Positions 59,980 through 64,000 of a stretch of DNA of 64,000 nucleotides are shown piece by piece; within the stretch, counting starts at the first letter, position 1; each line of letters begins with the position of its first letter. This DNA is from an uncultured Acidobacteriota bacterium (GTDB taxonomy: Bacteria; Acidobacteriota; Thermoanaerobaculia; Multivoradales; UBA5704): the NCBI GenBank assembly GCA_963770895.1, contig CAVYRF010000002.1:544001-608000 (forward strand). The letters are read 5' to 3'. The position numbers were made by a program, and so were the translations under genes. The notes under the pieces were generated by a model, which saw only the letters and a list, made by a program, of their open reading frames with translations, was not told the origin of the DNA and did no database searches.

Positions 59980-60008
59980 ATTCTAAGCCCGCGATAGCCG
60001 GAAGTCAA
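59980..60008 (-). promoter_or_regulatory. Sigma70-type promoter
   Basis: TTGACT-N17-TAGAAT on the minus strand within an AT-rich spacer. Confidence 0.65.
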
Positions 60009-60169
60009 TGAGTTAAATCGCGGTGGCATATGGATTTACCCCAGACGGCAAGGCAGGCGGCCAAGAACGGCGCCAAGCTACAACCGGTAGGCCGCACCGC
60101 CGCTAAAACCACAACATGTCGGGTAGTTCGACCGGCGCGCCAGTGGCGCCCGCCGCCGGGGCGCGTTCT

Positions 60170-61216
60170 TCAGCCGCCGGCGAGCGCCTGCAGGTGCGCC
60201 GCGACCAGGTCGGGGAGGCTCGCGATGTCGTAGCCGCCTTCCAGGACGGCGACGACGCGGCCGTCGCAGACCTCCGCGGCCAGCTGGCGCAGCCACTCCC
60301 CCCAGCGCGCGAAGCCGTCCTGGGTGACCGCCATGCCAGCCAGGGGATCGCGCATCCAGGCGTCGAAGCCGGCCGAGATGAGCAGCACCTCCGGCGCGAA
60401 CCGGCGCAGCGCCGGCAGCACGTGGTCCTGGATCGCCTCGGCGTAGCCGGCGTCGCCGGTGCCGGCGGGGAGCGGCAGGTTGAGCGTCGCGCCGGCCCCT
60501 TCGCCCAACCCGGTTTCGTCGGCCGCACCGGTGCCGGGATAGAACGGATACTGGTGGGTGCTGGCGAAAAACACGTCGGCGCGCGTTTCGAACAGGTGCT
60601 GGGTGCCGTTGCCGTGGTGCACGTCAAAATCGAAGATGGCGACGCGCGAAACGCCGTGCCGTTGCCGCAGGTGCTGGGCGGCAACGGCGACGTTGTTGAA
60701 GAAGCAGAAACCCATCGCCGTCGCCGCTTCGGCGTGGTGACCCGGCGGCCGCACGGCGGCGAAGCCGGTGCGGTCACGCCCGCCGGCCACCCAGTCGGCG
60801 GCGGCGAGAGCTGCCTGCACGCCACCCCAGGCGGCGTCCCACGCTCCCGCCGACAGCGGGTTGTCGGACGAATCGAGCAGGCCGTCGCCGCGTTCCACCG
60901 CGCGTGCGAACCGCTCGATGTAGCTTTCCTGGTGGAGCGCGCTGACCGCCGCCAGCGCCTCGGCCGGCGGCGTCGACAGGCCGTCCGGCTCCGCGGCCTC
61001 CGGCTTTGACGGCACAGATGACGGCCGTGACGGCGACGAGGGCGACGAGGCGTCCACCGCCGGCGGCGCCGGGTGGAGGTCGTGGATCTCCAGACCGGCC
61101 GTGCGCAGGCGCTCCAACACCCGCGCCAGGCGCCGCGGCTGCTCGGGGTAGCTGGGCGGCACGACGTGGCCGAGGCAGCGCGAATCGGTAAAGACGCGGA
61201 TCACAAGGCGGATCAT
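60170..61216 (-). CDS. Histone deacetylase-family Zn hydrolase
   Basis: RPPGHHA, GFCFFNNVA, DFDVHHGNGTQ, SAGFD..DPL, LEGGY. Confidence 0.95.
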   Translation of the reverse strand: MIRLVIRVFTDSRCLGHVVPPSYPEQPRRLARVLERLRTAGLEIHDLHPAPPAVDASSPSSPSRPSSVPSKPEAAEPDGLSTPPAEALAAVSALHQESYIERFARAVERGDGLLDSSDNPLSAGAWDAAWGGVQAALAAADWVAGGRDRTGFAAVRPPGHHAEAATAMGFCFFNNVAVAAQHLRQRHGVSRVAIFDFDVHHGNGTQHLFETRADVFFASTHQYPFYPGTGAADETGLGEGAGATLNLPLPAGTGDAGYAEAIQDHVLPALRRFAPEVLLISAGFDAWMRDPLAGMAVTQDGFARWGEWLRQLAAEVCDGRVVAVLEGGYDIASLPDLVAAHLQALAGG

Positions 61217-61219
61217 AGA

Positions 61220-61888
61220 TCATGGCCGCACCCCGCCGCCCTCGGCCACCAGAAATCGCAGATCTGGCACATCCAGGCTGGCAGCGGCGGCCCTGCCATG
61301 CGCCGCGACGTCGCGGCGCACCCGCGGCAGCAGCCCTTCGACGCAGCGCGCGGTCAGGCCGCTGCCCAGGGCAGCGGCGATCTCTTCGCTGGTCCAGCCC
61401 GACGCCGACATCACCAGGATCCTGGCATTGCGGCGGCAGTGGCGGCGCCCGGCGAGCGCCCCGCACGTTTCCAGAAACATCCTCACCCGCTCGTGGCCCA
61501 GCACCCGCTCTTCGGGATTGGCCCGCGGGTCCTCCACCAGCTTCTCGGCGGCGTCGGAGGCCGGCTGCTCCCTGCCACGCTTGAGCGCGCGCGCCGCGCG
61601 CAGCTGGTCGAGCACCACCCGCTCCGCCACCTTGCCCAGGAACGCCGCGACCTGCGGGTCGTTGATCGCGCGGCAGCTGTAGATGCGCCGGCCGCCGCCG
61701 TCCAGCAAGCGGCAGTACACCTCCTGCACCAACTCTTCGACCTGCTCGCGACGCGGCCGCACGCCGGCCTGCCGCAACACCCGCCCCACCCGCGCCCGCA
61801 GCCCCGGCCCAAAGCGGCGGATCAGCTCCTCCCAGGCCGACTCCGGCCCGGCCGCCGACGCAAAGCACAGCTCTGCCAATCGTTGCAT
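61220..61888 (-). CDS. ECF-type sigma-70 factor
   Basis: AWEELIRRF, EELVQEVY, region 4-like GWTSEEIA. Confidence 0.7.
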   Translation of the reverse strand: MQRLAELCFASAAGPESAWEELIRRFGPGLRARVGRVLRQAGVRPRREQVEELVQEVYCRLLDGGGRRIYSCRAINDPQVAAFLGKVAERVVLDQLRAARALKRGREQPASDAAEKLVEDPRANPEERVLGHERVRMFLETCGALAGRRHCRRNARILVMSASGWTSEEIAAALGSGLTARCVEGLLPRVRRDVAAHGRAAAASLDVPDLRFLVAEGGGVRP

Positions 61889-62269
61889 CGCACCGCTCCC
61901 CCTTCGCCATGAAGGGGGGCGGCGGCTGCCAGGGGATTTGAGGGCACGCGGCCAGGGAACGCAGGAGCGTCCGGCGGCGACAGGGACGCTTTTTATAACA
62001 TGCACAAGCGACGCAGGCAACTGCCATCTTTGGGCGGTTGGGGCGGCGGCGTTGGCCGGTTGGGCGGCGGCGCGCTTTGGCCCCACGATCCTTCAAGTCA
62101 AGAGGCAGGCGTCAGAGCAGCCGGCGACAGACCTTCCGCGGCCCTGGGCTACAATGCTCGCTCCGAGGCCGCCGTGCGCCAACGCTCCCCGTCTCACAAG
62201 TCCAAACCCCAGCAGCCTACGGACCGGCCCATCAACAGGGCTGGGGCAGGCACGCCTGGCGCCAAGGCG

Positions 62270-63802
62270 GTGCATGGCGCGCAAGGGGCGTTCGCCACGC
62301 TGGGGGGGGCCGGCGCCAGGGCGGCAGTCGGCGCCAGGGCGGCGGTCGGCGCCAGGGCGGCGGTCGGCGCGATCGCCGCGGTCGCCGCGGTCGCCTTGCT
62401 CGGCGCGCTGGCCGCGCTGGGCCTGGTGGCGGCCGGTTGCAGGGGCGGCGCGGCCGGGACGGGAGCCGGCCCGGCGGCGGGGCGGGGGCTGGCTGGAGCG
62501 GCGCGGGGCTGGAACGTGCTGCTGCTGACGATCGACACGCTGCGGTCGGATCGGCTGGGGGTGTACGGCTACCGGCGCCGCGCGACGTCGCCGCACCTGG
62601 ACGGCGAGCTGGGGGCGGGAATCGTCTTCGACAGCGCGTTTTCGCAACGGGCCGCGACCTGGCCGTCGCTGGCTTCAGTGCTCAGCGGGCTCTATCCGAG
62701 CGGCCACGGGGTGGACGAAAACGGCTACGGGTTCCCGGACGACCTGCCGACCCTGCCCAAGCTGCTGCACGGCGCGGGGTACCGCACCGCGGCGTTCCTG
62801 AGCAACATGTGCGACGCCAACCACCTGGGCTGGGACGATCGCACCTGCATGGGCGGCAAGGACGGCAAGACGGTGCAGGAGGCGCTGGACTGGGCCGCCG
62901 GCCCCGAACCGACCCCGCGGCGCCCGTTCCTGATGTGGGTGCACCTGTTCGGCGCCCATCCGCCCTACTACAACGGCGGCGACCTGGCGAACCAGCTCGA
63001 CCCCGGCTACGAAGGGGAGCTGGGCCCCAAGAAGTGGCGCCTGGATGAGGTGATGACGCAGCACCTGCGCCTGGACGCGGCGGACCTTCGCCACCTGGAC
63101 GCGCTGTACGACGGCGCGGTCATCGGCAGCGACCGGCTGGCGGGCGCGCTGCTCGACGGCCTGCGCCAGGCCGGCAAGCTGGATCACACGCTGGTGGTGA
63201 TCGCCGCCGACCACGGCGAAGAGCTGTACGCGCACAACGCCTATCTCTACCATGCCTGCTCCGTCTACCAGACGACGCTGCACGTGCCGCTCGCCTTCGC
63301 CGCGCCGGGGCTGCTGCGCGCCGGCGCCCGCGTGCCGCAGGCGGTCGAGCTCATCGACGTGCTGCCGACGCTGCTCGAGCTGCTCGCCGTGGCGCCGCCG
63401 GCGCGCCTGGACGGCCGCTCGCTGGTGCCCTACCTGGAGCGCCCCGGCGAGGGCGGCGCCGGCAAGCCGGCGTTCTCCGAATACGGCGCCAGCCACCTGC
63501 ACACCGTCATCCAGGGCGGCTGGAAGCTGGTCGACAACCCGGACGACCTGCAGCCCGCGTGCATCCCCGGTCTGGCCGGCAAGCCGCCGCTGCACTATGC
63601 GATCGGCCGCTCCGAGCTGTACGACCTGGCCCACGATCCCGGCGAAACCGTCAACCTGGCCGCCACCCACCCGGTGGAGCAAGCCGCCCTGGCGCGCCTG
63701 ATCGTCCAGCGCTTCAGCCACCTGGCCACCCGCGCCCACCCCCAGCAGGTGCCTGAAAAGCTGCGCAAAGAGCTGACCGACCTGGGCTACGTCGCGCCGT
63801 AG
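62270..63802 (+). CDS. Sulfatase-like (alkaline phosphatase superfamily) protein with Thr at the nucleophile position; start uncertain
   Basis: NVLLLTIDTLRSD, TWPSLASVLSGLYP, HPPY, ADHGEE, LHVPL, ELYDL..DPGE, LGYV. Confidence 0.85.
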   Translation: MHGAQGAFATLGGAGARAAVGARAAVGARAAVGAIAAVAAVALLGALAALGLVAAGCRGGAAGTGAGPAAGRGLAGAARGWNVLLLTIDTLRSDRLGVYGYRRRATSPHLDGELGAGIVFDSAFSQRAATWPSLASVLSGLYPSGHGVDENGYGFPDDLPTLPKLLHGAGYRTAAFLSNMCDANHLGWDDRTCMGGKDGKTVQEALDWAAGPEPTPRRPFLMWVHLFGAHPPYYNGGDLANQLDPGYEGELGPKKWRLDEVMTQHLRLDAADLRHLDALYDGAVIGSDRLAGALLDGLRQAGKLDHTLVVIAADHGEELYAHNAYLYHACSVYQTTLHVPLAFAAPGLLRAGARVPQAVELIDVLPTLLELLAVAPPARLDGRSLVPYLERPGEGGAGKPAFSEYGASHLHTVIQGGWKLVDNPDDLQPACIPGLAGKPPLHYAIGRSELYDLAHDPGETVNLAATHPVEQAALARLIVQRFSHLATRAHPQQVPEKLRKELTDLGYVAP

Positions 63803-63878
63803 CGCTCCCCGCCGGAAGCCCGTAGGGCTAGCTACCAGCACCACGCCGGTGCAGCCGGGCCACCGCGCTGCCGTGAAG

Positions 63879-64000
63879 CTAGTGTCCCGAGTCAGAAGTT
63901 TCACACCATAATTCGGCGGCCGCCCACGCCCCTGGCGGCGTTGCGACCTGCCGGAAGTGCCGGGACAGGCGGCAGCCCCGGCCGCCGCCTCGACATAGTC
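63879..64000. mobile_element. Second, diverged copy of the CTAG-ended hairpin element (cut by the window end)
   Basis: Shares CTAGTGTCCCG, CCCCTGGCGGCGTTGCG and CCTCGACATA, in the same order, with 19730-19895. Confidence 0.6.

Overview
High-GC bacterial chromosomal window; gene content and style suggest Acidobacteriota, possibly Thermoanaerobaculia (inference). It is mostly housekeeping and envelope genes: lolA-tgt-yajC-secD-secF, folK, a GT-C glycosyltransferase/YfhO pair, a CDF transporter, an HD dNTPase, an MrfA-like helicase fused to an RNase H-like domain, otsAB, an esterase/ATP-grasp/YbdK peptide-ligase cluster, an aldehyde dehydrogenase, a selenocysteine formate dehydrogenase with Fe-S and NrfD subunits, yihY-tamA-tamB, ddl, serA with a class V aminotransferase, namZ, moaC, HU, rsmB, fmt, an HDAC, an ECF sigma factor and a sulfatase-like gene. 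No rRNA, tRNA, CRISPR array or transposase was seen. The most unusual spot is the intergenic region 35.4-36.1 kb. It holds (i) a roughly 290-nt promoter-to-terminator structured transcript with an 18-nt stretch complementary to the 16S rRNA 3' end in front of a 14-codon ORF, and (ii) a divergent orphan Cys/Thr-rich double-glycine RiPP-like precursor. Also notable: a CTAG-ended long-hairpin MITE-like element with a second copy at the window end, many apparently leaderless genes, and about five single-base frameshifts that are probably assembly errors.
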